From: Octopus vulgaris
Taxonomy: Eukaryota
Length of the DNA stretch: 64,000 nucleotides
Direction of reading: 5' to 3'
Assembly (NCBI GenBank): GCA_951406725.2
Contig: OX597838.1
Location: 25,048,001 to 25,112,000 of the forward strand
In this document: positions 11,712 through 24,871 of the stretch, in pieces
Layout of the letters: each line of letters opens with the position of its first letter
Numbering within the stretch: position 1 is the first letter of the stretch
The notes under the pieces: model-generated
What the model was told of the DNA's origin: nothing
Seen by the model: the letters and a program-made list of their open reading frames with translations, nothing else
Database searches by the model: none
Position numbers and translations under genes: made by a program

Positions 11712-11946
11712 CAAGGGTTGGCCAAAAGTCACCTGACAGTAAATCAAAACCATTTAATTCCAAGATTGATTTATGCTTAACAACTGAATGAATTTAGTAA
11801 AAGCATCTAAATATGAAAAATCATGAAAATAGTTGAAACCAAAGTCCTTCTTGAGCGACACATTTTTTCCATTGGAGTCAATATAGAATTACAGATAGTA
11901 TTTGTGGCATTTTGCTTTACTGTCGGGTGACTTTTGGCCAACCCTG
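11712..11946. mobile_element. Tc1/mariner-type MITE
   Basis: TIRs GGGTTGGCCAAAAGTCACCTGACAGTAAA and TTTACTGTCGGGTGACTTTTGGCCAACCC. Confidence 0.85.
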
Positions 11947-12053
11947 CATATATAGGTATATAAATAGAGAAACAAAAACCACTTGATATCCTTAGGATTG
12001 GTGCAACCTTGGTGTTCTAGACATCTCATGATCTAGCTTTCGTTATTTGCATT

Positions 12054-12520
12054 CATCATCATCATCATCATTGTTTAACGTCTGCTTTCCATGCTAGCAT
12101 GGGTTGGATGGTTTCACTGAGGACTGGCAAGCCAGAAGGTTGCACCAGGCTCCAATCTGATCTGGAAAGGTTTTCTACAGCTGGATGCCCTTCCTAACGC
12201 CAACTACTCCAAGAGTGTAGTGGGGGATTTTTATGTGCCACCAGCACAAGGGCCAGTCAGGCGACACTGGTATTGACCACTCTTGAATGGTGCTTTTCAC
12301 ATGCCACTGGCATGGGGGCAATCAGGCGACATTGACATCGACCATGCTTGAATGGTGCTTTTTACATGCCACTGGCACAGGGGCAATCAGGCGACACTGG
12401 AATCAACCACGCTTGAATGGTGCTATTTACATGCCACTGGCATGGGGGTCAATCAGGCGACACTGGCATTGACCACGCTCAAATGGTGCTTTTTATGCGC
12501 CACCAGCACAGGAGACAGTC
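12054..12520 (-). mobile_element. Family C (RTE-LINE 3' UTR) with internal 65-bp tandem array
   Basis: (CAT)n tail and TGGATGCCCTTCCTAACGCCAAC, then about four tandem units of AATGGTGCTTTT...ATGCCACTGGCA spaced 65 bp. Confidence 0.85.
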
Positions 12521-14094
12521 ATGTGGTGAATTTGTGAATATACAATTACATTGTATAATGTTGAGCAAACATGTTAATGCAAAACAAGTAACTGTAATTT
12601 CTTCCACACTGAAATTATCACAACATGAAGGCTGTGAAACAGCTGTAATCCAAAGGCTGTCAAGTGGTTAAATGAATATATTCACCTCTCATACCTCCTG
12701 ATATTTTATGGTTTGTACCACATGATTATGTGACCAACCAGGCTATCAGATTTTGTTACACATCGCTGGTCACAATGTGCTTTTGCATTGTTGTAGCTTT
12801 TCAATGATGCCACCTCACTGGTTAGGTGAGCAAGCCAACATACCCCCTGATCAAAAGGGGGGCTGGAGCAATGTGAAATGAAATGTTTCACTCAAGAACA
12901 CAATGCCTTGCCCAATCAGGGAATTGAACACACGATCTAGTGACCATGAGTGCAACAGCCTAATCACAAGGCCACATGTGCAACAGCCTAATCACAATGC
13001 CATATGTGCAACAGCCTAACCACTACTACTCATGAAATAATTTCATCGATTGGATCTTCTGGATTTCAGCTGCATTGACACTCTATAATACACTTCTTTG
13101 TACTGGATCACTATGTGGTCTGATAGCCGAGTCCAATAGAGGAGCCTTATGTGATAACCACATAATTCTCTTCTGAATCCATATCTTATACTACAAGAGA
13201 GAGAGAGAGAGAAAGACAGACAGACAGGCAGTGTATGTATGTATGATTATTTAATGAGGTTAACACCAGTGTGTAATGCATACCAAACATATATTTTAGA
13301 AGATTTTCATGACTTGTTTGAATTCATCCTTTGTCTTACACTTTCATATTACATTTCCTATGGTCATTGTCCATTGAGTAGCTTATCAGCCCATTTCATG
13401 ATTTCTTCTCAAAATATCACATTCCATTAAAATTCTTTCACTCAATTAATTCATTAATACCTTTAATTAACTTTAAAAAAAAAAACAAATATAAAAAGTT
13501 GTGTGAAACTCAAGATGGACATTAATACGACAGGGAAAGGAGTAAGTCACTTATGTTTGAAAGCAGAGATCGACGTGGCTATCAATCTCATCATTTGCGT
13601 TTGAACATTTAAAACACATCCACAGCTATGGTCATATTTAAACACACCTGTATGTACAGGTATTTTTAATACATGCATCTATAGGTTCAGGTATTTTAAA
13701 ACACACCTGTATTTTACTTGTTTCAGTCATTGGACTGTGGCTATAGGGTCAATGAAATATTTACCAGTCAAACAACAGTAACCTGCCCCTCCCGGAAAAT
13801 TTCAAATCATGTGACTATAGCTGAAAGGATTATAATAATTGATAATTATTAAATTGGTGTTTGAGAATGCAAACTGGTTTTAAATTTTGGCACAATGACA
13901 GCAAATTTCCTGGGAGTTGGGTAAGTCAATTACATCGACCCCAGTGTTCAATCTGTATTTATTCTATTGACCCCGTAAGGATGAAAGTCAACCACAGTGG
14001 AATTTGAACTCAGAACCTAAAGATAGATAAAATGCTTGCTAAGCATTTTGCCTATCATGCTAACAATTCTGCCAGCTCACAGCTGATTGGGAAT

Positions 14095-14460
14095 CACTAA
14101 CGTAGCTAGAGTATGTGCCGCCAGGGGTGGCTCTTCTGTTTGCTACCCCAGGACCCCACAAAAAAAAAATACATATTTATTTCTTTATTGCTCACAGGGT
14201 CAGAGGGGACAAACAAGGACAGACAAAGGGATTAAGTTGATTACATCGACCCCAGTGCGTAACTGGTACTTATTTAATCGACCCCGAAAGGATGAAAGGC
14301 AAAGTCAACCTCAGTGGAATTTGAACTCAGAACACAAAGGCAGACGAAATACCGCTAAGCATTTCACTTGGTGTGCTAACATTTCTACTTACAGCAGACC
14401 CAAAAGTGCTGCCCAGGATGGACCACCCCCTACTGACACCCCTCCCTAACTATGCTAGTG
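14095..14460. mobile_element. hAT-type MITE carrying a nested SINE B (about 14175-14390, minus)
   Basis: TIRs CACTAACGTAGCTAG and CTAACTATGCTAGTG. 8-bp TSD TTGGGAAT/ATGGGAAT with one mismatch. Confidence 0.8.
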
Positions 14461-15544
14461 ATGGGAATGTAAATTAAAACCAAATTTTTAACTTAAAGTG
14501 CTTTCAAAGAGAAAGTTTGTATTGTATAACCAAGAGTGGTCTTAGACAGGTTGTTATCAGAGGAGTTAAAAAAAGAATGGCTGAATTAGATAACAGTTGG
14601 CAGAGTCATTAGACTTTGCTAATTTACTGTCAAAATAACGATCAGGTCATTTCAATTGGCTGCAAACAAAAGGAGAAGGGAAAACAAAAAAGAAAGAAAA
14701 CAAGGAAAATTCAAGGCCTTGTGTGTTAAAATTAGAAATAAGTTATTCAATGAACTTGGATATGGTGTCAGTTGTAACAAACTATACGACCTCATGGTAC
14801 CAATTTGGAAGTCGTCGGACAGGGCCTGATTGTGAGCTAAGTATTCTTGGCAATGGTAACAGGAGCTTAATGCCAGTCATTGAACGAAAACAAATGATTG
14901 ACTCTCTCAATGCTACCCTGAAAGCCAACCAATGAAATTCTGCTGACTACACAAAAGACAATACAGACCGGTCGTCTTTTATTTTAAACTCGAATTTGGG
15001 CTAATGCCCGGGGAAATACTTGTCTTCACAAAACTTAACAGGAGATTCAACTCACTTGACTATTATTGTATTTTTTTTGTTTCTTTATTTTGAATTTCAT
15101 CATTTTTTTTGTTTTTTTTTTGTAATCTATGAGCTAATGAAGGAACCACAATCTGGTCATTCAACTTGCTAAAAACAAAGCAGTGAAATATCCTTTGTTC
15201 TTTCTGCAAAGGTATTTGTGATGAAATATACCACCTAGGTATTTCAGTTGATTTCTTCAGGAGTGGCCTTGTGGTAAGTAGCTTGCTTACCAACCACATG
15301 GTTCCAGGTTCGGTTCCATTGCATGGCACCTTGGGCAAGTGTCTTCTACTATAGCCTCTGGCCGACCAAAGCCTTGTGAGTGGATTTAGTAGATGGAAAC
15401 TGAAAGAAGCCCGTCGTATGTATGTATATGTGTGTGTGTGTGTGTGTGTCTGTGTGATTGTGTCTGTGTTTGTCCCCCCAACATTGTGTGACAACCGATG
15501 CTGGTGTGTTTACATCCCCGTAACTTAGCAGTTCAGCAAAAGTT

Positions 15545-16090
15545 GTGTATGTTTGTGTATGTCCATGGACAAGATATCTCAAAGAACCACTGGATGGATT
15601 CAAATGAAACTTTCAGGGATGTTTGGCCTTGTGACTGGCATGAACTGATTAGATTTTGGGATCAGTACAGTACTGGACATGGATTCTGGATAATTTTTCT
15701 AGTTTTTTTACTTAATTTCTGAGAGCGGTCAGGTTAATTTTTCATCATCAGTGTTCGACTGTGGTCAAGACAATGGAATTTACTATGCTACACCAGACTT
15801 CACGGTCCATCATAGCATTACGGAGGTCCTGTTGCTGGATGCCTGTATCCCTGGAGATTACATCAGGGTAGGAGAGTGTGCGCCCTCTGGTATCGCAAGT
15901 AGATGGCCTCCAGAGGAGAAGAGTAGAAATTGCCTTGTTTTCAGTTCTACAACAATGTCCAGTATTCTCATTTGTGAGAGCAGTTGAGTTCATTTCAGAT
16001 ATTCTCATTTTAAAAGTCATCTCTGGCTGACCATTGAGAGGACGTTGGTGTTGCCGTGGCAGAGGTTTGCACTCTCAGAGTGCTCTTGTT
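15545..16090 (+). mobile_element. Helentron/HINE-like non-autonomous element
   Basis: GATATCTCAAAGAACCACTGGATGGATTCAAATGAAACTT near the 5' end and a GGCAGAGGTTTGCACTCTCAGAGTGCT terminal hairpin. Interrupted by an RTE fragment. Confidence 0.6.
15743..15962 (-). pseudogene. 5'-truncated RTE-clade LINE, ORF C-terminus
   Basis: GHCCRTENKAISTLLLWRPSTCDTRGRTLSYPDVISRDTG...AMMDREVW followed by a TGATGATG tail. Confidence 0.75.
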
Positions 16091-17050
16091 TAATTTTAGA
16101 ATGACATTGTAGGGTAGGTGCAAGAGACTGGATCTGATCAGGTTCAATATAAAACGCGTAGGACATTTTGGGTCGGATAAGGCCAGTTAAAGGGTTAAAC
16201 AGCAACAAGCAGGCTTACAGGTCCACCCTGTCAGACCTGACCTAGGGTTAAATAGCAACAAACAATCCAGCAATCGCTACAGGTCCACTCTGTTCAGGAC
16301 TGACCTAGGCTTCCACGACATCATCAACATCAACAACAAATTGGGAAGCAGGCCAAACAACTAACCAATGACTGCTCCCTACCAGCAACTTGCGGCTTAT
16401 CCTGCTCCCCACCTCACAGCACAACCAATCTCTCTTTACTACGCCACTGCATTATCACTGCATCAGCACCACCACCAGCACCACCACCGCCGCCGCCACG
16501 ATCATTACTACCATCTTCAGACCATTAACCTGCAGTCATGTTGGCACCAATGCAGCATTTGTTTGTGTTATGAATGTGTGTATATGTGTGTGTGTGTGCA
16601 CATGTATGTGTGTGCATGTGTGTGTGTGTACAGTGAGACAGAGAGAGGGGAAAGAAACAGATAGCTAGAGATATTGTTAAATTGAAAGAAAGGATATTTG
16701 ACATCAATCAGATTATTAAAGAGAGAACCAGTATGTACTTGAAAGGCTGAAAGGACAGATGGTCCACCACAAAGATAAGTCTCACGCACACACACACACA
16801 CACACACACACATTCTTTTACTCTTTCACTTGTTTCAGTCATTTGACTGCGGCCATGCTGGAGCACTGCCCCGAAGAGTCAAAGAGATCGACCCCCCAGG
16901 ACTTATTCCTTGTAAACCCAGTACTTATTCTATCAGTCTCTTTTGCCAAACCGCTAAGTTACAGGGATGTAAACACACCAGCATCGGTTGTCAGGTGGTG
17001 GCAAAGGGACAAACACAGACCCATACACACAGATATCATAATCATAATAT

Positions 17051-17459
17051 AGGCACAGGAGTGGCTGTGTGGTAAGTAGCTTGCTTACCAACCACATGGT
17101 TCCGGGTTCAGTCCCACTGCGTGGCATCTTGGGCAAGTGTCTTCTGCTATAGCCTCGGGCCGACCAAAGCCTTGTGAGTGGATTTGGTAGATGGAAACTG
17201 AAAGAAGCTTGTCGTATATATGTATATATATATATGTATGTGTGTGTGTTTGAGTGTCTGTGTTTGTCCCCCTAGCATTGCTTGACAACCGATGCTGGTG
17301 TGTTTACGTCCCCATCACTTAGCAGTTCGGCAAAAGAGACCGATAGAATAAGTACTGGGCTTACAAAGAATAAGTACCGGGGTCGATTTGCTCAACTAAA
17401 GGCGATGCTCCAGTATGGCCGCAGTCAAATGACTGAAACAAGTAAAAGAGTAAAGAGTA
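17051..17459 (+). mobile_element. Full-length SINE family A (inverted partner at 16815-17030)
   Basis: Complete from head to GTAAAAGAGT tail. Confidence 0.9.
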
Positions 17460-17805
17460 TAATCATCATTTAACGTCCGTTTTCCATGCTGGCATGGGTT
17501 GGAAGGTTTGACTGGGGACTGGCAAGCCAGGAGGCCGCACCAGGTTCCAATCTGATCTGGTAATGTTTCTACAGCTGGATGCTCTTCCTAATGCCAACCA
17601 CTCCGAGAGCACAGTGGGTGCTTTTTACGTGCCACACATCAGGCGTTGACATGATCGCAGAGCAACACGAGATGAAATGTTTTGCACAAGAACGCAACAC
17701 ACCACCCAGAATCCAACTGGGCTAAACACTTACCCATCAATTCCAGCCAAATTTCAGTGAGAATGAATTCTCAACACTTCATTGTAGGATAAATATTCTT
17801 TATTT

Positions 17806-18037
17806 ATTTCTTTATTGCCCACAAGGGGCTAAACACAGAGGGGACAAACAAGGACAGACAAAGGGATTAAGTCGATTACATCGACCCCAGTGCGAAACTG
17901 GTACTTAATTTATCGACCCCGAAAGGATGAAAGGCAAAGTCGACCTCGGCGGAATTTGAACTCAGAACGCAGCGGCGGACAAAATACCACAAAGCATTTC
18001 ACCCGGCGTGCTAACGTTTCTGCCAGCTCGCCGCCTT
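17806..18037 (-). mobile_element. Full-length young SINE family B
   Basis: 17-bp TSD ATAAATATTCTTTATTT at 17789-17805 and 18038-18054. CpGs retained. Confidence 0.92.
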
Positions 18038-18454
18038 ATAAATATTCTTTATTTGTGTGTTAACTAGACCACCATTGGTTTCATGTTGAGAAAGATATCT
18101 CTCAACAATTATTCGAGTCTGTCACATGGGACAGTGGTGATTGTCTCTAACTTGGGTAAAAACACAATAAATCATGTGAGATTTATATATGTATACACAC
18201 ACACATATATATAGACATATTTGTGTATGCAATTATATATATATAGACACACACACAAGTAATGTACGTGTATTATGTATATAATGCATATGCATGTGTA
18301 CGTATATAAAACGAACACTTCAATTACTTGAGACTACAGTGTAATGCCTATTCACATAAGAAAGAAAGAAATTTCATAATTTTGTAAAGAAAAATATTAC
18401 AACTCATGTTGAAAGATCTATTAAACATTTTTTTTTTTTACATCACACTCAACC

Positions 18455-18490
<36 letters not shown>

Positions 18491-18510
18491 CCTCTCTCTC
18501 TCCCTCTCCC

Positions 18511-18560
18511 TCTCTGCTGATGATGGAAGAGCCTTTGGGCAGATCCAGAAATTAGTTAAT
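18511..18560 (+). ncRNA. Degenerate hammerhead-ribozyme-like motif
   Basis: CTGATGA at 18517-18523, stem TGGA/TCCA, GAAA at 18548-18551, then TTAGTTA. No stem I is visible. Confidence 0.35.
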
Positions 18561-18743
18561 ACTGGAATATCTATTTTATTTATAATTTCCGTTGGCTTGT
18601 TGCATTGAATTCAGCACATGTGTCTTTGAGTGGTGAGACCATTTAGCATCTATTCCTCAGTATATAGGCTAGAAAATTTCCTTTCTAAGCCCTGATTATA
18701 ATTATATATATACATATATATAATTATATACATACATACATAC

Positions 18744-18790
<47 letters not shown>

Positions 18791-18869
18791 CCTCTCTGTT
18801 TGTTTCTTCTTCATTCTCATTCACTTACAATTCTCTCCATTGTACTGAATTGTATGCTATCACTATCTC

Positions 18870-18917
18870 TGTCTTATGCACACGCGCACACACACACACG
18901 CACACACATACACACAT

Positions 18918-18951
<34 letters not shown>

Positions 18952-20740
18952 GCACACACAATTGTTACTTTACCTTCAACTCTCTCTCTGTACCCCTCTC
19001 CCTCTGCTCTGCCTCTCTCTCTGTACCCCTCTTCCTCTGCCTCTCTCTCTCTCTCTCTCTGAACCCCTTTCCCTCTGCTCTGCCTCACTCTGTCTCTCTG
19101 TCTCTTCCTCATTCTTTTTCTCACTCTCTTACTCTTTCACGCACAATTCATACACACACACACACACACACATGCACACAGAGTTACTCTCCCTTCCCCA
19201 CTCTTTCTCTCTCTCTCTCTCTATTTCTCGTTCATTCCTTCCCTCTCTTTTCTTCACACACATACACACACATACAAATGCTTACACAAACATATAACCA
19301 CCCATATACAAACATACGCACAAACAAACACACAAATACACACACATACACACACAGACTTATACACTCACACACACATACATTCAAATTCACAAAAATG
19401 TAAACATGTATGATTGTATATATACACACATACACACACACAGATACACAAAAAACACATACATATTAAACACATATACACATCTAGGCAAACACACACA
19501 AACATGAATACACACAAACACACAAAACCAAATACACTTACATGCAAACACACACACACAGATACAATCACACATACACATACACACACAAATATACAAA
19601 GACATATACACACTTATACACATAATTTATAGGGTTTTTTTTGCTGTTTTCTCCGTTTTATACAGGATTATTTTTCTTTGAATTATGAAAAATTTTTTAA
19701 TTTTAGTTCCATAAACATCCTATGGGGCCAGTGGTGGTGGTGGTGGGGGAGTCAGCATTGCATACCAAGTCAAGTCAGTGTCAAGAAATGTCAGAATTAG
19801 GTAATTTGGTAACTAACCTTTGACCTTTGTCACACATATTTGCCAAATTTGTCAAGTAAAATGGCACATAAAAAAACAAAAGATGTATAAAAAAATTTTT
19901 TAAATTAAAAAACAATGGATGACAGTAAGAAATAGGTTCCACTGTTATATTTTGGTGAGGTATTTGGAGTAAACAACAAGAGAGACCGAAAGAGATGGAG
20001 AAAGAAAGAGAGGGAGAGAGAGAGAGAGACACACACACACAGACAAAGTATCAGAGAAAGAAAAAGAGAGAGAGGGGGGTGACAGAGATGCAGAGAGATA
20101 CACATATACAGAGAAAGAGAGAGAGACTGAGAGAGAGAGGCTGGCAGACAGATAGAAAAATGGACAGATAGAGAGATAGATGGAGAGACAGACACTGAGA
20201 GAGAGAGAGAGGGCGACAGAGGTGCAAAGAGATACACATATACAGAGAGAGAGAGACTGAGAGAGAGAGAGAGACTGAGAGAGAGAGAGAGACTGAGAGA
20301 GAGAGAGAGACTGAGAGGGAGAGAGACTGAGAGGGAGAGAGACTGAGAGAGAGAGAGACAGAGAGAGAGAGGCTGGCAGACAGACAGAAAAATGGATAGA
20401 TAGAGAGAGAGATGGAGAGACAGACACTGAAAGAGAGAGAGAGAGAGAGAGAGACATAATGTGATGCAGAAAGATACACACATACATAGAGAGAGAGAGG
20501 GAACAGGGATAGAGACAAACAGACAGACTGACATAAACAGATACATAGATAGGTAGACAGACAGACTGTACAGAGAGAGAGACAGATACTTAGATGGACA
20601 GACAGACCAAGAGAGACACAATGATGGGCAGAGACATACAGACAAAAAAGACAGATAGACAGACAGACAGATGCACACAGACAGGCAGACATAAACACAC
20701 ACACACACATACAGAATAGCAAGTGTTAGATAAAGCCAAT

Positions 20741-20789
<49 letters not shown>

Positions 20790-20790
20790 A
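18870..20790. repeat. (CA)n, (CT)n and (GA/GACA)n microsatellite field with higher-order duplications
   Basis: Direct reading. The block AGATACACATATACAGAGA...GGCTGGCAGACA recurs within 20090-20490. Confidence 0.9.
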
Positions 20791-21949
20791 ACTGATACTT
20801 TGTTTTATAGAACTAAAGGCAAAAGTTGCCCTCTGCAGGATTTGAACTCAGAATGTAAAGAACCAGAACGTTTGGCGCAGAGCATCTTTTTCTGATGCTC
20901 TAACGATTCTGCCAACACAAAAACCACAACAGCAATTAGAACCACAGCATAGAGAACAACAACAATAGCCATAACAACAACAACAATAACAACAACATCA
21001 ATAGCGCAAACTAGAACAACGATCTTTTATCTTTTGCTTGTTTCAGTCACTAGGCTGTGGCCATGCTGGGGCACCACCTTGAGGAATTTTTGTCGCATTT
21101 ATTGACCCCCTATTAATTATGATTTTTTTGTAAAGCCAGGTACTTATTCTATTGGCCTCTTTTGCCAAACCGCTAAGTTACGGGAATATAAACACACGAA
21201 AACCAGTTGTCAAACAAAGGGGACAAAGCCATAAACAAAGACACACACACGCACACATACACACATACACACACACACACACACACATATATAGGCACAG
21301 GCATGGCTGTGTGGTAAGAAGCTTGCTTCCCAACCACATTGTTTCAGGTTCAGTCCTACAGCGTGGCACCTTGGGCAAGTGTCTTCTACTATAGCCCCAG
21401 GCCGACTGAAGCCTTGTGAGTGGATTTGATAGGCTAAAGTTTTCATCATGTGTGTATATATGTGCATAAGGGCTTGTGCCTCCTAACAGAGAGAAAGGAA
21501 TATATATATATGATGGGATTCTTTCAGTTTCTATCTGCTCAGTTCACTCACAAAGGATTGGTCATTTTTCAAGACTATAGTAGAAGACATTTCCTCGAGG
21601 TACCATGCAGTGGGATTGAACCTGAAACCATGTGGTTGTAAAGCAAGTTTCTTAACTACACAGCTATGCCTGCATCTATAAATTTATTTTTAAAAAAAAC
21701 ATCTTTTACTTGATAAAACAAGTTGAGATTATGTTAGGAGGCGGTGGGGGAAGGGTATTGGTGGGGTGGGGGCAGAGTGAGATGGGGGCTGGGGAGGGGG
21801 AGAAAGACAGTATTGTAGATGTGTGGGTGGGGTGGAGCCGAGTGGTGATGAAGAGCCTCTTTTAAGACATGTTGGAGCCAAATATCTGTCTAAACAAATC
21901 AGTGAGTTTCTCTTTTAAATCAATTACTGCTACCACTCCTCTCTTATCA

Positions 21950-23397
21950 CTTGTACCACCATCACTACCGCCAATACCACTACCACAACAAACACCACCG
22001 CTACTCCCACTACCGACACTATCATCATCACCACCACCACCACCACCACCATCACCATCGCCAATACCACAACCAGCACTACCATCATCACCACCGTCAC
22101 CACCACTACAACAACCAATACCACCACAACCAACGCCACCACCACCACCACCACCACCGCTATCACTATTACCACAAATACCATCACTACCAACACTATC
22201 ACCACCATCATCACCACCACCATCACCACCGCCAATACCATAACCGGCACTACCATCATCACCACCGTCACCACCAATACAACAACCAACACCACCACAA
22301 CCAACACCACCACCACAAATACCATCACTACCAACAACAACAGCATCATCAACACCACCACTACCACCACAACTACCATTATCACTATCATCATCCACTA
22401 TGGCAACCATCACCCCCACCCTGCCATTATCACCACCAGCACAGCTAACACAACAACCAGCACCACTAACACCACTACCATCACCACCACTACTACCACC
22501 ACCACCAATAACACCATCACTGTCATCATCATCAATGCATGCAATACAACCAGCCAGCACCACCACCACTACAATCATTACCACAACTATATAGGTGCAG
22601 GCATGGCTGTGTGGTAAGAAGCTTGCTTCCCAACCACATGGTTCCAGGCTCAGTCCTACTGCGTGGCACCTTGGGCTAATGTCTTCTACTATGACCTTGA
22701 GTCAACCAAAGCCTTGTAAGTGGACTTGTAAGATGGAAACTGAAAGAAGCCCACTGTATATGTATCTGCATGTGTGTGTGTGTTTATTCCCCACTGCCAC
22801 TTGACAATTGGTGTTGGTGTGTTTATGTCCCTGTAACTTAATGGTTGGGCAAAAGAGACCAATACATGAAGTAAAAGGCTTACAAGGAAAAAAAAAAAAA
22901 CTGGGGTCAACGGATTCAGCTAAAAATTTTTCAAGTTGGTGCCCCAGCATGGCCTTAGCCTGACTGACAGAAGTAAAAGATAAAAGATAAATATCACCAC
23001 CACCACCACCACCACCACCACCATCTTTATCATCGCCACTACCACCACTACTACAACCTTACATTGATCACCACCAACACTACCATCACTATTACAACAA
23101 CAACCATGACCACACTTAACATTATCATCATTGCCACCACCACCACCACCACCATCACCTCAACTACCATCTTCACCACCATCACCACTACCGCTACTAT
23201 TATGGCAACCACTATGACCACACTTAACATTATCATCTTCGCCACTGCCATCACCACCACCACTACTACTACTACTACCACTATCATCTTCCCCACCACC
23301 ACCTTACACTGATCCACCACCACTACCACCTCCATCACCGCCGCCACCACTGTCTTTGCAATCACCACTACCACCACCACCACCACCACCACCATCT
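21950..23397. repeat. Degenerate (CAC/CAT/TAC)n low-complexity tracts flanking a SINE A (22592-22990)
   Basis: Direct reading. Source of the poly-G/P/H/V/T ORFs. Confidence 0.9.
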
Positions 23398-24332
23398 TGT
23401 TTTAATGAAATTATGTAATAAGACTTGAAGGAGCAATTTTCAACATGCATGCATTGTGTAGGTGTTTGTGTATGTATAAATGTATGTGTGTGTGTGTGTG
23501 TGTGTGAGAGAGAGTGTATGTGTGTGTGAGAGAGAGAGAGAGAGAGAGTGGGTGGGTGAGAGAGAGAGTGTAGGTGTATGAGAGAGAGGGAGTGTGTGTG
23601 TGAACGTGTATGTGCGTGTGAGTGTGTTTAAGTGTAGATACTGATGTGTGTGTGTGTGTGTAAAGATGTACATGCATGTATGCAGATGTATGTGTGTGTG
23701 GGCGTACATGTGTATATGTATGAATATGTGGATAGACGTAGATATGTGTATGTGTGTGTATAATAATAGATATGTGCATATGAGCAGATGTGTGTAAGTA
23801 TGCAGATATAGATGTGTGTGTATACATATATGCATGTGTGTGTGTGTGTGTGCGTGTCTATATATATACACGTGTGTACGTATAAGCAAACTGTGTGAGT
23901 GTGTGGGTGTATATATATGTGAGTGTGTATAAATATGTGAAAGTGTTGTGTGTGTATAAATATATGAAAGTGTATGTGTGTGTATATATTTATACACACT
24001 CACATATATACACACTCGTGTGTATATATGTGAGTGTATATAAATATATGAAATTGTGTGTGTTTGTATAAATATATGAAAGTGTACGTGTGTGTACATA
24101 TAATCAAGTTTCTGTGTGTGTGTATACATATAAGCAAGTGTGTATATGGGAGGGTGTAAATATATGCAAGAGTGTGTGTGTGTCTGATTTGTGTGTGGTG
24201 AGAGGAGGAGAGTGAAGTAGGAGGGGGTATACATGAAACAGAACACAAGTATATAATTCATTTTGTTACAAACAACAGACAATAGCAAATAAATGGTAAA
24301 TATAGCCAGACATTGAGATGAATATAAAATAT

Positions 24333-24550
24333 TGGTTTCAAACTTTGACACAAGGCCAGCAAGGGGAGAGGGCGAGGGATTAAATCAATTACATCAATCC
24401 CCAGTATTCAACTGGTACTTAATTTTCCGACCCCTGAAAGGATGAAAAGCAAAGCTGACCTTGGCAGGATTTGAACTCAGAGCGTGAGGACAGACAAAAT
24501 GCTGCTTAGCATTTTTCCCAGCTTGCTAATAATTCTGTCTGCTCGCCGCC

Positions 24551-24621
<71 letters not shown>

Positions 24622-24835
24622 CCTTTCTACAATAAGCACGAGGTCTGGCATTTTGGGGGAGGGTGTCCAGTTGATTACGTCGACCCCAGTGCGTAACTGG
24701 TACTTAATTTATCGACTCTGAAATGATAAAAGACAAAGTCGACCTCAGTCGACTTTGAACTCAGAACGGAGCGACAGGCGAAATAAAGCTAAACATTTCC
24801 TCCAGCATACTAACGATTCTGCTAGCTCACCACCT

Positions 24836-24871
<36 letters not shown>

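Noticed and set aside
12230-12520. Regularly spaced repeats resembling a CRISPR array
   Set aside because: The spacers are similar to each other (tandem minisatellite) inside an RTE UTR, in eukaryotic DNA with no cas genes.
21862-22584. 240-aa Gly-rich ORF and a Pro-rich antisense ORF
   Set aside because: Degenerate CAC/GGT repeat open in several frames on both strands, with no splice signals.
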